Assembly: GCA_963753595.1 (NCBI GenBank)
Contig: CAVWCX010000024.1
Coordinates: 123,496-187,495, forward strand
Length of the DNA: 64,000 nucleotides
Source of the DNA: Candidatus Methanoperedenaceae archaeon
GTDB lineage: Archaea > Halobacteriota > Methanosarcinia > Methanosarcinales > Methanoperedenaceae
Reading direction: 5' to 3'
The notes below the pieces were generated by a model. It made no database searches. It had not been told where the DNA came from and was given only the letters and a program-made list of their open reading frames with translations. A program made the position numbers and the translations under genes. This document shows positions 40,073 through 50,380 of this stretch, piece after piece. Position 1 is the stretch's first letter, and the number at the start of each line of letters is the position of its first letter.

Positions 40073-41311
40073 ATGAGCGCTATAAAAATAGATCCCAATA
40101 TCAAATATCTTGAAGGCACGCAGCGTGTATTTGATCCTGAAACCACACTGGCAAATACGACAAAGCTTCTTCCAAAGATAGGTGTGACCCGTATTGCCAA
40201 TATCACTGATCTTGATCGCGTTGGTATACCTGTTTTCTCGGCTATCAGGCCAAGTGCCGCCGCTGGTGCAATATCCATATATTCAGGAAAAGGCGCAACA
40301 GAAACAAATGCCAGGATATCTGCAATAATGGAAAGTTTTGAGCGCTGCCTTGCAGAGCAGCCTGAGGTAAGCGTGAATCTTAGCGGCGTTCCGCTGCAAA
40401 CAGAGACTGTTATAGATACATACGAGTCACTTTGCGAGAGCTATCCGACACTATACCCTGATGCGCTCCTTCTCCCGCAGCCTGTTGCTGAATTCACAAA
40501 ACTTGAATGGGTAAAGGGGGATGACATTTTAAACGATGTGGAAGTTTTCGTTCCTGCAAATGCGGTTTTCCACCCTTATGAACCCCAGGGCAGGAACAAG
40601 CTGTTCAGGAGTAATACCAACGGCCTTGCTTCAGGAAATACTATAGAGGAATCAATACTTCATGGATTGCTTGAAGTGATAGAAAGAGACTCACTGAGTA
40701 TAGCTGAATACACCCGGAATCCCGGAAAAGAAATAGTGCTTACTGAAAAAGACGGGTTGAATTACACACTTAAAAGAAAATTAGAAGAAGCTGGCATTAA
40801 TGTAAAGATCTGGCTGCTTGGTTCTGATATTGATATTCCCACGGTCGTAACAGCGCTTGATGATGTAGTCCTTAAAGACCCGGCTCTTCTTGTCATGGGC
40901 GCTGGCTCGCACCTGAAACCTGAAATTGCGGTCACAAGGGCCCTAACAGAAGCTGCGCAAAGCCGGGTCGTGCAGATACACGGAGCGCGTGAGGATACTG
41001 ACAGGGAGCAAGTGGTAAGAACTTTTGGCTATGATCATATGAAACGAATGAACAGCTACTGGTATGAAGATCTTGATAAAGTTCATATGGATGAGCTGGA
41101 GGACAGCTCAAGTAATACGCCTGCTGCCAACATAAAAACAGTTTTGGAGCGGCTTGACGATATAGCCGACGGCGCTATAATCGTAAATCTTTCCAGAGGC
41201 GTTGATATCCCGGTAGTAAGGGCAATAATCCCGATGTTTGAACTTTATACTCTTGACCGTGAAAGAAAAGGGGACCGTATCAAGAAAAGGAAGAAGAGAG
41301 TGGCTAAATGA
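40073..41311 (+). CDS. ycaO: YcaO-family McrA glycine thioamidation protein
   Basis: Motifs 'ITDLDRVGIPV', 'GKG', 'ME..ER', 'SNTNGLASGN', 'EVIERD' and 'TEAAQSR..QIHGARED'; adjacent to tfuA. Confidence 0.93.
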   Translation: MSAIKIDPNIKYLEGTQRVFDPETTLANTTKLLPKIGVTRIANITDLDRVGIPVFSAIRPSAAAGAISIYSGKGATETNARISAIMESFERCLAEQPEVSVNLSGVPLQTETVIDTYESLCESYPTLYPDALLLPQPVAEFTKLEWVKGDDILNDVEVFVPANAVFHPYEPQGRNKLFRSNTNGLASGNTIEESILHGLLEVIERDSLSIAEYTRNPGKEIVLTEKDGLNYTLKRKLEEAGINVKIWLLGSDIDIPTVVTALDDVVLKDPALLVMGAGSHLKPEIAVTRALTEAAQSRVVQIHGAREDTDREQVVRTFGYDHMKRMNSYWYEDLDKVHMDELEDSSSNTPAANIKTVLERLDDIADGAIIVNLSRGVDIPVVRAIIPMFELYTLDRERKGDRIKKRKKRVAK

Positions 41312-41952
41312 AGCCTGTGGTTTATACCGGTACAAGCATAACCCACAACGACGCAAGAAAAATACTGGATGCGGATTATCGTGCGCCTGTGAGACGTCAT
41401 GATCTCAGACGTATTCTTGCATCGCCTCCTGAAATAATCGGGATAATTGACGGTGTTTTTTTTGATAATGCGGCAGTGGGTCACCGTGAAATAATTGAAG
41501 CCTTAAAAAGCGGAATAATCGTTGTCGGAGGGGGAAGTATGGGGGCGCTTCGAGCTTCTGAGCTTGAAACATATGGTATGATAGGAGTAGGAAAAGTTTT
41601 TGAGATGTACCGGGACGGGATCATTGAATCAGATGACGAGGTTGCTGTTACTTTCGATGCAGGATCAAATGAAGCGCTTTCGATCCCGCTTGTCAATATC
41701 AGGATGACAGTTGAAGCTGCAAAAAATGCGGGAGTTATAAATCCAGTACAGGCATCTGCTATTATTGGGGTCGCCCGGAAGTTATTCTATCCAGACAGGA
41801 ATTACCAGAATGTCGTATTCGAAAGCGAGAAAAATGGAATTATCTCAGGAATGGAAAAGAAAAAATTCCTTGAATTCATTGAACTGAATGAAGTTGATAT
41901 AAAACATCAGGATGCCATTCTCGTTCTTGAAAAAATTACAGAATTAATCTGA
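41308..41952 (+). CDS. tfuA: TfuA-family McrA thioamidation protein
   Basis: 'IIDGVF...AV.H.EI', 'SMGALRASEL', 'GM.G.G' and 'DDEVAV'; 4-bp overlap with ycaO. Confidence 0.93.
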   Translation: MKPVVYTGTSITHNDARKILDADYRAPVRRHDLRRILASPPEIIGIIDGVFFDNAAVGHREIIEALKSGIIVVGGGSMGALRASELETYGMIGVGKVFEMYRDGIIESDDEVAVTFDAGSNEALSIPLVNIRMTVEAAKNAGVINPVQASAIIGVARKLFYPDRNYQNVVFESEKNGIISGMEKKKFLEFIELNEVDIKHQDAILVLEKITELI

Positions 41953-41968
41953 ATAAAATATCTTCAAT

Positions 41969-42253
41969 TCATGTGAGTGATCCTATGAACTCGTCGATGG
42001 GAATCACTTTGTAAGTCGCTGTCTTGATGCTGCCGCGGGAAGCAATTGCAATTACAGCCTTCATGACATTGATATCATCTTCTGCTTCAACTATGGATAT
42101 GAAATCAAAATTTCCCAGGACGGCATATTGATCTGTTACATTTACTCCCATTGTCTTGAGTTCCTTGTTTACTTCTTTTATCCTGCCTGCATTCTTCTTT
42201 AAAGTCTTTGCCCCTTCGTCTGTAAGGTTTGAAATTATTACATATTTAGACAT
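41969..42253 (-). CDS. GYD domain protein
   Basis: 'LTDEGAK' and 'YAVLGNFDF..IVEA.D'; 94 aa. Confidence 0.8.
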   Translation of the reverse strand: MSKYVIISNLTDEGAKTLKKNAGRIKEVNKELKTMGVNVTDQYAVLGNFDFISIVEAEDDINVMKAVIAIASRGSIKTATYKVIPIDEFIGSLT

Positions 42254-42414
42254 AACATACCTCCATTCCTTACATTATAATCTTCTGTCATTCTATATAT
42301 ATCTTATTTCAAGTGGAATTTAGCACTCCGGGCAAAAACCTTTTTATACCCCTAAACAGATTATATAGTGCTAATTTTCTCATTTTTTGTGATGAGGTTT
42401 AAGAGGTATTTAAA

Positions 42415-43044
42415 ATGGATAATATGGAATATAAAGGAACTACCACAATAGGGTTAGTTTGCGATGAGGGTGTAGTATTGGCCACTGAGAAAAGAGCTAC
42501 GATGGGACATTTTATTGCAAGTAAGGATGCAAAGAAAGTCTATCAGATTGATGATCTCGTGGCAATGACCACAGCAGGCTCGGTAGGGGATGCTCAAAGA
42601 CTTGTAAAATGGATGCAGGTCGAGTCAAAACTCTACAAAATGCGAAGAGAAGAACCCATGACTGTAAAGGGTATAGTAAGTTTACTGGCAAATATCTTGA
42701 GCGGAAACAGATATTACCCTTATTACGTTCAGCTTCTTGTTGGCGGAGTCGATAAAAATGGTCCTGGTATCTATTCGCTTGACGCTGTAGGCGGAATTAT
42801 TGAAGAGAAAAAAGCGGTTTCAACAGGTTCTGGTTCACCCATGGCATACGGTGTTCTTGAAGACAGATATGTAGATAATATGCCAATTGACGATGGAGTT
42901 GAACTCGCAGTGCGCGCACTGCATAATGCCATGAAGCGTGATTCAGCATCAGGTGATGGTATTAATGTCGTAAAGATCACTAAAGATGGATATATGCAAG
43001 TGGAAGATAGCGAAGTCAAGAAAATACGTGACACACTAACATAA
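42415..43044 (+). CDS. psmB: proteasome subunit beta
   Basis: Propeptide then 'G-TTTIGL'; 'AGSVGDAQ', 'GSGS' and 'RDSASG'. Confidence 0.97.
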   Translation: MDNMEYKGTTTIGLVCDEGVVLATEKRATMGHFIASKDAKKVYQIDDLVAMTTAGSVGDAQRLVKWMQVESKLYKMRREEPMTVKGIVSLLANILSGNRYYPYYVQLLVGGVDKNGPGIYSLDAVGGIIEEKKAVSTGSGSPMAYGVLEDRYVDNMPIDDGVELAVRALHNAMKRDSASGDGINVVKITKDGYMQVEDSEVKKIRDTLT

Positions 43045-43095
43045 ATTCATATTTTATTTTTAGGATGTTTAGGGTGTTTTAGAAGGAAAAAAATA

Positions 43096-45009
43096 ATGAC
43101 AGTTGAAGAAGTATTAAATGATTTGAAAAAGAAAATAAAAGCACAGCTTCCCAAAGATATCACGATATCTGATGTGGATTTTGAGGGGCCTGAACTTGTT
43201 ATTTATACTGAAGAGCCACGAAAATTCGCTGATGACGGGGATCTTATCAAGGGTCTTGCCAAGGAACTGAGAAAACGTCTTGTGGTCAGGCCGGACCCGA
43301 AAGTCCTGGCACAGCCCGAAGAAGCGATCACTGCTATTGCAAAGATCGTTTCAGCAGAATCCGGAATTTCAAATCATTTTTTTGACGTGGATACCGGTGA
43401 GGTGGTAATTGAAGCGGAGAAACCAGGTCTTGTCATAGGAAGGCATGGCGAAACACTTCGCGAGATCACTAAAGAGATCGGATGGACACCAAAGGTGGTC
43501 CGTACACCTCCTATGAAATCAACGACTGTGAATAATATCCGCCAGTTCATGCGCGCCAACAAGGAAGAGCGAAAGACTCTTCTTAAAACCATAGGCCGAA
43601 AGATCCATCGGGGTGTTTCATCCAAGGATAAATGGGTACGATTGACCACTCTGGGCGCCTGCCGTGAAGTAGGACGAAGTTGTTTTTTGCTCTCGACCCC
43701 TGAAACAAGGATCTTAATAGACTGTGGCGTAAACGTTGGCGGTGACGATAATGGCTCACCCTACCTTTATGTGCCTGAGGTCCATCCCATAAGCCAGATC
43801 GATGCTGTAGTTCTTACTCATGCACATCTTGACCATATCGGGCTTGTTCCGTTATTGTATAAATATGGATTTGAAGGGCCAGTTTATTGCACGCCTCCCA
43901 CGAGAGACCTGATGGCTTTACTTCAACTGGATTATATTGATGTTGCCGCCCGTGAGGGCAAGAAAAGCCCTTATGAATCGGTTATGATCCGTGAAGTTCT
44001 CAAACATACCATTACATTGAATTATGGGGATGTCACAGATATCGGCCCGGACATGAAACTGACATTCCATAATGCAGGTCATATCCTTGGTTCTTCTGTC
44101 GCTCATTTCCATGTCGGGGATGGCCTGTATAATATAGCTTTTACCGGCGATTTCAAATATGAAAAGACACGCCTCTTCGATCCTGCGATCAATGATTTCC
44201 CGCGAGTGGAAACAATTGTCATGGAAGCCACTTACGGTGGGTCAAGGGATATGCAGCCTTCAAGAAAAGATGCTGAACGGCATTTGCAGGAAATAGCTAA
44301 AGAAACCCTTGACAACGGCGGGAATCTTCTGGTACCGACATTCGCTGTAGGAAGAAGCCAGGAAGTCATGATCGTGCTTGAGGAAGCAATCCGCAAAGGA
44401 ATAATCCCGGATGTGCCGGTCTATCTTGACGGTATGATATATGAAGCAACAGCGATTCATACAACGCACCCTGAATATTTAAACAATGAACTGAGAAACC
44501 AGATTTTCCATAAAGGTATGAACCCGTTCCTTGCAAAATGTTTCGTCCAGGTGGATTCAAAAGAAAAACGCCAGAAAATCCTGGATGACCGTGACCCCTG
44601 TATCGTTCTTGCAACTTCAGGCATGATGAACGGCGGCCCTGTCATGGAATACTTAAAGGCATTCGGACCAGAAGAAAAGAATACGCTTGTTTTCGTAGGT
44701 TACCAGGCAGAAGGTACACTTGGCAGACGTATCCAGAAAGGCTGGAAAGAAATACCAATGCATGCAGCCGGAGGAAGGACCGAGACCGTAAAGATCAACA
44801 TGAATATTGATACAGTTGATGGATTTTCAGGTCATTCTGACAGGATGCAGCTTATGGAGTATATCAGGAAAATGAGACCAAGACCTGAGCATGTCCTGAC
44901 ACAGCATGGTGACGAAAAGAACTGCATGGATCTAGCCAGTTCGATATATCGCAAATTCAAGATCGAGACCAGGGCGCCAATGAATCTGGAAACGATAAGG
45001 CTTGCGTAG
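43096..45009 (+). CDS. fttA: beta-CASP ribonuclease aCPSF1 (FttA)
   Basis: N-terminal KH domains; 'HAHLDH', 'AGHILGS' and 'GFSGHSD'; C-terminal 'NLETIRL'; next to psmB. Confidence 0.95.
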   Translation: MTVEEVLNDLKKKIKAQLPKDITISDVDFEGPELVIYTEEPRKFADDGDLIKGLAKELRKRLVVRPDPKVLAQPEEAITAIAKIVSAESGISNHFFDVDTGEVVIEAEKPGLVIGRHGETLREITKEIGWTPKVVRTPPMKSTTVNNIRQFMRANKEERKTLLKTIGRKIHRGVSSKDKWVRLTTLGACREVGRSCFLLSTPETRILIDCGVNVGGDDNGSPYLYVPEVHPISQIDAVVLTHAHLDHIGLVPLLYKYGFEGPVYCTPPTRDLMALLQLDYIDVAAREGKKSPYESVMIREVLKHTITLNYGDVTDIGPDMKLTFHNAGHILGSSVAHFHVGDGLYNIAFTGDFKYEKTRLFDPAINDFPRVETIVMEATYGGSRDMQPSRKDAERHLQEIAKETLDNGGNLLVPTFAVGRSQEVMIVLEEAIRKGIIPDVPVYLDGMIYEATAIHTTHPEYLNNELRNQIFHKGMNPFLAKCFVQVDSKEKRQKILDDRDPCIVLATSGMMNGGPVMEYLKAFGPEEKNTLVFVGYQAEGTLGRRIQKGWKEIPMHAAGGRTETVKINMNIDTVDGFSGHSDRMQLMEYIRKMRPRPEHVLTQHGDEKNCMDLASSIYRKFKIETRAPMNLETIRLA

Positions 45010-45104
45010 CGTGATTTATTAATAGGTTTCAAATGAATTAGCGTCCAATGGATTCCTATTTTCAACCAAAAAGTATTAATCTTTATAAAACAAGATAATA
45101 ATTT

Positions 45105-45132
45105 ACCATATCAAGAACGATTTTGATATGGT
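45105..45132. promoter_or_regulatory. palindromic operator-like site downstream of a TATA box
   Basis: ACCATATCAA-N8-TTGATATGGT; TTTATAAA at 45082-45089. Confidence 0.5.
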
Positions 45133-45140
45133 GCACGCTA

Positions 45141-45407
45141 TGATGAGCTAGCAAGAGATCGCTGGAAAAGCCTATTGGAAATAGAAAGAACAGTTCCAGG
45201 TTTCCCGGGCGTAATTGCCCTATGACTGTCCATAGTCTAAAAGGAAGCGGCTCGACTGGGATTTCACTCGGTAAGGGGTGCTGTAAGAAAGCGCATGGGG
45301 AGTGGAAGAAAGCATATAGAGCGCAATTTGTGGCGAAGTAAACACAAATATTTGTGTTACAAGGGTGCCGCAGGCCCTCCGAAAACCACCAGGGGGTCAG
45401 CTCATCA
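45141..45407 (+). ncRNA. candidate structured non-coding RNA (~270 nt)
   Basis: 9-bp closing stem TGATGAGCT/AGCTCATCA; several internal hairpins; GC-richer than its flanks; upstream TATA and downstream T-tract; no listed ORF. Confidence 0.55.
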
Positions 45408-45673
45408 ACCCACTCATATATTTTGCTTTTTATTATATATGTAGTATAATAAATTTTTGTTTATTGGATTTTGTGCTATCTTGTTACTACAATAATCAAA
45501 ACACTATTACAGAATGAACCTTTTAAATCATAAAATACATATTATGCCCCTATTTCTTGTGGGATATTATTGGTGCCACTTTATTTACACTATACTATTT
45601 ATCAGTGCTACTAAAAAATAAGAATATAGGGAAAAACGGGTTGAAAAAAGATCAGGGGATAGGAGAAGAGCCT

Positions 45674-45868
45674 ATGTTAAGAACTCGGCAAGAGAGAGTG
45701 AAATTATTAAAAGCTGGCATTTTTGGGAAAACAATAGAAAGGCTGTATATAACACATAATAATTTCAAAATAATGGGTAATCCCATTTTAGAGATGATTG
45801 AAATTAATACTCACAAAATTAAGGATATCGCTCTAAACCAGGAAGCAACCGCTGAATTAAGTTTTTAG
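45674..45868 (+). CDS. small hypothetical protein
   Basis: AGGAG RBS before the ATG at 45674; MLRTRQERVKLLKAGI... Confidence 0.55.
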   Translation: MLRTRQERVKLLKAGIFGKTIERLYITHNNFKIMGNPILEMIEINTHKIKDIALNQEATAELSF

Positions 45869-45925
45869 ATAGGGGAGTTAATAGTAAAATTTTTCAAAAG
45901 CCACGTTTTGACCCCCCTATTTTTT
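45869..45925. terminator. inverted repeat and T-tract between convergent genes
   Basis: ATAGGGG...CCCCTAT followed by TTTTT. Confidence 0.4.
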
Positions 45926-45957
45926 CGATCTCCAAAATCGTATTCTGAACTCTTGAG

Positions 45958-46248
45958 TCATCGAGAGACGTTAATTTTTTCCCAGATTTGATTGAAATCA
46001 TTTAAATTTGCTCTCAAATTTTTGGAAAGAAAATATATTTTACCGTATTTGTCGCCTTCTGTTGTGATTATTCCATTTTTGGCAAGGACATCAAGATGGT
46101 GCCTGGTAGTTTTATAATCTATCTTCAAAGCCTCAGCTAATTGATTTGCATTATACGGTTTATCAATAAGCTGCTTCAGGATAAACCCACGGGTATATCC
46201 ACCTCGCGTTCCTGCGAACATTTGCCAAAGCAACCTATTCATCCACAC
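45958..46248 (-). CDS. ArsR-like winged-helix transcriptional regulator
   Basis: 'LLW..FAGTRGG.TR', 'NANQLAE.L..DYKT.RHHL.VL' and 'YG..YFLS'. Confidence 0.88.
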   Translation of the reverse strand: MWMNRLLWQMFAGTRGGYTRGFILKQLIDKPYNANQLAEALKIDYKTTRHHLDVLAKNGIITTEGDKYGKIYFLSKNLRANLNDFNQIWEKINVSR

Positions 46249-46372
46249 TCAAACCCCAACAATATATTCTGCTATCCTCCCGTTTTTAACTATGCTCTAC
46301 AAAACAATAAAGCTTACCAACACCTCAAATTTCGGATGGGTTTATATACTTTCAACAACGAAAATGAATACC

Positions 46373-46510
46373 ATGGCAATGTCTAAAAAGATTATGGAAA
46401 GAAAAGAACGTGATCGCAAGGAAAAAATAACAGAACTTGAAAAAATGGCAGCATCAGGCAGCGGTGAGGCCAAAAAGAAGCTTGCCAAAGAAAAAAGAAA
46501 ATTGAAATAA
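46373..46510 (+). CDS. small basic protein (45 aa)
   Basis: TTTATATA box at 46341-46348, ~25 nt before the ATG (leaderless geometry); Lys/Arg/Glu-rich helix. Confidence 0.6.
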   Translation: MAMSKKIMERKERDRKEKITELEKMAASGSGEAKKKLAKEKRKLK

Positions 46511-46512
46511 TC

Positions 46513-47301
46513 CTATTTTAAAATTTCCTGTGGAGCGCCGCACAATTTCACCAGCGCCTCAGCCTCGATAAAGTGGAGGCTGGCGGGAATTAAGAGGGTG
46601 TGCAGCGGTCCTCCAAAATCATATTCTTTTATTTTTTCAAGATAATCCGAATGAACAGATGGGGATGGGGAACCGGCGCGTGCAATACCGATCGCAAGAG
46701 CATTTACAAGCACTCCTTCACCCCTTCTGTCTTCCATTTCAAGAAGAAGCGAAGCAGCTTTTCTAATATCCATAAACCCTTTTTCCCGGTCAATGTCAAG
46801 AAAAACAATAGTATGCAGGTCATTTTTCTTGTTCATTTTTATCGTATCATAAGGAGCTTCGGAAACGATCGTCTTTTCATTCCTCGTATAAGGGAATGGG
46901 ATCGTGGTGGATTTCCCGAACCTGTAATTCTGGAGGCCGCTTAATCCCGAAACAGCCGAATAGATGGATGGCGCATGGATGATCGAAGTTTCAATACCAA
47001 GATCTTTTGCACGTAAACGAAGATCAATATGTGTGGTCGCAACCATAGCATCTCCTCCGCTTAAAAATACCACATTTTCCTTAATTGCTCTTGATAACCA
47101 GACTGGTTCTAACTCAACTTCTTCCCGTGAGAGTACGATCAACTTCTTTCCATAGAATTTTTCAATTTTTTCTATGGAAGTACCAATAAGATTTGAAGTA
47201 TAGAATTCAGCATAGACCGCGTCAGCATTTTTTACTGCTTCCAGTCCTTTTACCGTTATGTCTTTTTCATCATATAGCCCAAGTCCGATAAATGTAAGCA
47301 T
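46513..47301 (-). CDS. dph5: diphthine synthase
   Basis: Motifs 'MLTFIGLGL', 'EFYTS', 'GD..VATTH', 'GLQNYRFGK', 'LHT..FLD' and 'GGPLH'. Confidence 0.95.
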   Translation of the reverse strand: MLTFIGLGLYDEKDITVKGLEAVKNADAVYAEFYTSNLIGTSIEKIEKFYGKKLIVLSREEVELEPVWLSRAIKENVVFLSGGDAMVATTHIDLRLRAKDLGIETSIIHAPSIYSAVSGLSGLQNYRFGKSTTIPFPYTRNEKTIVSEAPYDTIKMNKKNDLHTIVFLDIDREKGFMDIRKAASLLLEMEDRRGEGVLVNALAIGIARAGSPSPSVHSDYLEKIKEYDFGGPLHTLLIPASLHFIEAEALVKLCGAPQEILK

Positions 47302-47368
47302 AATTCTTAATAGGAATCTATTCTTTGTAAGTCTTGCCATAGAAAACTATAAAAATTAAGTGAGCTTT

Positions 47369-47503
47369 ATGAAAGCGATGGAAACAGGTCAAAATATAAA
47401 CGGTATAGGTCTCACAATAGGAAGCATCCTTGGATATATTGCTATCCTTGCAGGAATCATAATGACTATTTTGCTGCTTGAAACTGTTTTTCTGGCGAAA
47501 TAA
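47369..47503 (+). CDS. small single-TM membrane protein (44 aa; absent from the ORF track)
   Basis: Translated by hand: MKAMETGQNINGIGLTIGSILGYIAILAGIIMTILLLETVFLAK; fills the dph5-trm5 gap. Confidence 0.55.
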   Translation: MKAMETGQNINGIGLTIGSILGYIAILAGIIMTILLLETVFLAK

Positions 47504-47520
47504 TTAAGACTATAATCCTT

Positions 47521-48498
47521 GTGAAACCAGAAATGATGGAATCCCTGTGTATCAGGGTACCAAGAACCGAAGGTGAATTGACACGTAAGAGGTTGATCGA
47601 ACTTCTTCTGCTTGACAATAACCTGAAAATCAGATCAGTGGGGGAAGATTTGTTAATTCCGGTTTTAAAGCCGGTCGAAGGATTGGGGATGCTGGAAAAA
47701 GATGTATTTGAAATTGCAGGTCATGAAAACCCATTGACCCAGATTCCCGGAGCTTATGAGTTAATAGGAGATATCGCTATCATTGACCAGCATGAAGAAA
47801 ATGCCCGGGAAATTGCAGAAATCCTTTTGCAGCATAAGAATATCAAAACAATATTCCAGGCAACAAGTGCTGTTTGCGGAGAATACAGGACACGTGAGCT
47901 TTTATTTATCGCAGGTGTAAAAAAGACTGAGACAATATACAGGGAAAACGGATGCAGATACCTTCTTGATGTGACACAGGTATATTTTACGCCGCGATTG
48001 TCCACTGAAAGGATAAGGATAGCAGACCAGGTAAAAAATGGAGATAAAGTTGTTGATATGTTCGCAGGTATCGGGCCTTTTAGTATCCTTATTGCTAAAA
48101 GATTTCCCGAAGCAGAGGTGACCGCTGTTGATAAGAACCCTGTGGCAATTAAATACCTCTGGGAAAATGCCCGGCTTAATAAGGTTAAGAATATCGAAAT
48201 AAGGGAAGGTGATGCAAAAGAAGAAGCTAAAGGGATCTCTGGTGCAGACCATGTTATTATGAACCTTCCACACAGCGGATTGGAATTCATTGATAGCGCT
48301 TTTGGGATAATTAAAAAAGGCGGGATAATACATTTTTATGCAATTTCGCATGAAGATGACCTGTTTGAAGGGTTGATCGATGAGATCGAAGCACATGCGA
48401 GTAAATCAGGTCTTGCGGTGTGTCCCATTGACCGCAGGATAGTGAGGCCATATGCGCCGTACCAGTATAATGTCTGCATTGATTTTCGGGTATATTGA
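47521..48498 (+). CDS. trm5: tRNA (guanine37-N1)-methyltransferase, Trm5/Met-10+ family
   Basis: Motifs 'IGDIAI', 'GEYRTR', 'YFTPRL.TER', 'DMFAGIGPF', 'DKNP.A' and 'MNLP'. Confidence 0.88.
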   Translation: MKPEMMESLCIRVPRTEGELTRKRLIELLLLDNNLKIRSVGEDLLIPVLKPVEGLGMLEKDVFEIAGHENPLTQIPGAYELIGDIAIIDQHEENAREIAEILLQHKNIKTIFQATSAVCGEYRTRELLFIAGVKKTETIYRENGCRYLLDVTQVYFTPRLSTERIRIADQVKNGDKVVDMFAGIGPFSILIAKRFPEAEVTAVDKNPVAIKYLWENARLNKVKNIEIREGDAKEEAKGISGADHVIMNLPHSGLEFIDSAFGIIKKGGIIHFYAISHEDDLFEGLIDEIEAHASKSGLAVCPIDRRIVRPYAPYQYNVCIDFRVY

Positions 48499-48604
48499 TA
48501 TTTCTTATCAAAAGTTATTTAATATACTACCCCCATAAAGAGTTGCCTTCGCTTATATAGAATTTGAAAATCAATTGGAAATAATAATTATTGGAGAAAA
48601 TTAA

Positions 48605-49063
48605 ATGGCAAGAATGCACACACGCAAAAAAGGTCAGGCAGGGTCCACAAAACCAATCAGGACGGAGCCCCCGAAGTGGTCGAACACGAACAAGGAAGAG
48701 ATCGAGAATACTATACAGCAGCTTGGATCGGCTGGAACATCCTCAAGCAAGATCGGTATGATCTTAAGAGACCGTTATGGAGTCCCTGATGTCACTCTTG
48801 TGACCGGAAAGAAAATAGGGACCATAATGAAGGAAAAGAATATTACTTCAAAAGTCCCGGAAGACATTCATAATATCATAATCGATGTACTTGATCTCAA
48901 TAAACACCTTTTAAAGAATCCTAAAGATATGCATAACAAGCGCGCTCTTAATAATAAGATATCAAAAATTAGGAGACTTGAAAAATATTATCACCGCGAA
49001 GGTGTTCTTCCAGTAGACTGGAAATTCTCTATCCAGAGAGCAGAAATGCTCATTTCAAGATAA
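48605..49063 (+). CDS. rps15: 30S ribosomal protein S15 (uS15, archaeal)
   Basis: 'MARMHTRKKG.AGS.KP', 'IGMILRD.YG.P' and 'SKIRRL.KYY'. Confidence 0.97.
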   Translation: MARMHTRKKGQAGSTKPIRTEPPKWSNTNKEEIENTIQQLGSAGTSSSKIGMILRDRYGVPDVTLVTGKKIGTIMKEKNITSKVPEDIHNIIIDVLDLNKHLLKNPKDMHNKRALNNKISKIRRLEKYYHREGVLPVDWKFSIQRAEMLISR

Positions 49064-49069
49064 GTCCCG

Positions 49070-50380
49070 ATGACTGATGGACAGGAAAGCCTTGAGGCTT
49101 TAAGCAGGCAGGCAGCAGAAGCCATATTAGAACATGACATCGTTAGGCTTATTTCGCATAACGATGCTGATGGCTTATCTGCTGCCGGTATCATGTGCAA
49201 TGCCCTCCAGAGAAAGGGTATACTTTTTCATACTACGATAGTCAGCCAGTTTGACCGGTCAACTTTAGACTTAATTGAAAAAACATCCAATGGACCCGTT
49301 ATCCTTTGCGACATGGGAAGCGGCCAGGTTGAACTGGCCTCCAGGATAAAAGAAGCCATAATAATAGATCATCATAAACCAACAGGGAAACTGGAACATG
49401 TCCAGTTCAACCCGCATCTTGTGGGTATTGACGGCTCAACTGAATTGTGTGCTTCATGCGGGGCCTACATGGTGGCTCGGCAGATGGGCGACAATACTGA
49501 TCTTGCAGGACTTGCTATTGCAGGGGCGACAGGGGATAAACAGCCAATGAAGGGCGCTAATAAATTTATCCTCGATGAAGCCATTATTAATAAAACAGTA
49601 ACTATCACCAGAGGGCTTCGAATGGGGGATGGGCCCTTGGCTGAAATTTTTGAAAATAGTGTAGACCCTTATCTTGATATAACCGGTGATAAGGATAAGA
49701 TCAAGGTTTTCCTGGATAATCTTGGAATAAAAGGCCAATTACGAGAGCTTTCAGAAGAGCAATTGACCAAACTTTCTTCCGTGATCATATTAAAACTTGT
49801 AAAACAGGGAAGCATTCCGGCTATTGATTCCCTTATAGGTGAAAACTATAACCTGAACAACGAAGTCGTACCAAATATATATGATTTTGTAAATATCCTG
49901 AACGCTTGCGGTAAAGATGAAAAGGCAGGAATTGCACTTTCGTTGTGTATGCGTGATGCATCGGCTATTGATGAAGCAAAGGCCATAGCGCGGGAGAACC
50001 AGCGAGCTTTGATCAGTGTAATTAAAAAGGCGCAAGTCCAGATCAAGTCAGCCCGGAGTTTCAGGTATGTGCTTCTTGAGGATTCAAGTGGTACGGGAAT
50101 AATTGCAGGAACAATGACGAGATACTTATATCCTGACAAGCCTTTCCTCACATTTAACGAAATTGAGGGGAAGATCCGTGTTTCAGGCCGCGGGACAAGG
50201 AAATTGGTGGGCAGGGGACTTGATCTTGCAGCGGCTATGAAGGAAGCATCAGAAACTGTGGGAGGCATGGGCGGAGGGCATGATGTTGCATCCGGCGCAA
50301 CAATTCCCATCGGGACGGCAATGAAGTTCATAGACCTGGTCGATTCAATTATCGAAAAACAATTAAAACCAAAAGCATGA
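49070..50380 (+). CDS. DHH family phosphoesterase (RecJ-like)
   Basis: Motifs 'HNDADG', 'DMGS', 'IDHH' and DHHA1 'GGGHDVASGA'; conserved position after rps15. Confidence 0.92.
   Translation: MTDGQESLEALSRQAAEAILEHDIVRLISHNDADGLSAAGIMCNALQRKGILFHTTIVSQFDRSTLDLIEKTSNGPVILCDMGSGQVELASRIKEAIIIDHHKPTGKLEHVQFNPHLVGIDGSTELCASCGAYMVARQMGDNTDLAGLAIAGATGDKQPMKGANKFILDEAIINKTVTITRGLRMGDGPLAEIFENSVDPYLDITGDKDKIKVFLDNLGIKGQLRELSEEQLTKLSSVIILKLVKQGSIPAIDSLIGENYNLNNEVVPNIYDFVNILNACGKDEKAGIALSLCMRDASAIDEAKAIARENQRALISVIKKAQVQIKSARSFRYVLLEDSSGTGIIAGTMTRYLYPDKPFLTFNEIEGKIRVSGRGTRKLVGRGLDLAAAMKEASETVGGMGGGHDVASGATIPIGTAMKFIDLVDSIIEKQLKPKA

Noticed and set aside
40010-41952. YcaO-TfuA as a novel thioamide RiPP cluster
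   Set aside because: No precursor or transporter nearby; sequence and context fit the known McrA-modifying pair
45140-45150. Hammerhead ribozyme or C/D-box sRNA at ATGATGAG
   Set aside because: No CUGAUGA core with the required stems, and no suitably placed CUGA D box; the motif is instead part of the long-range closing stem
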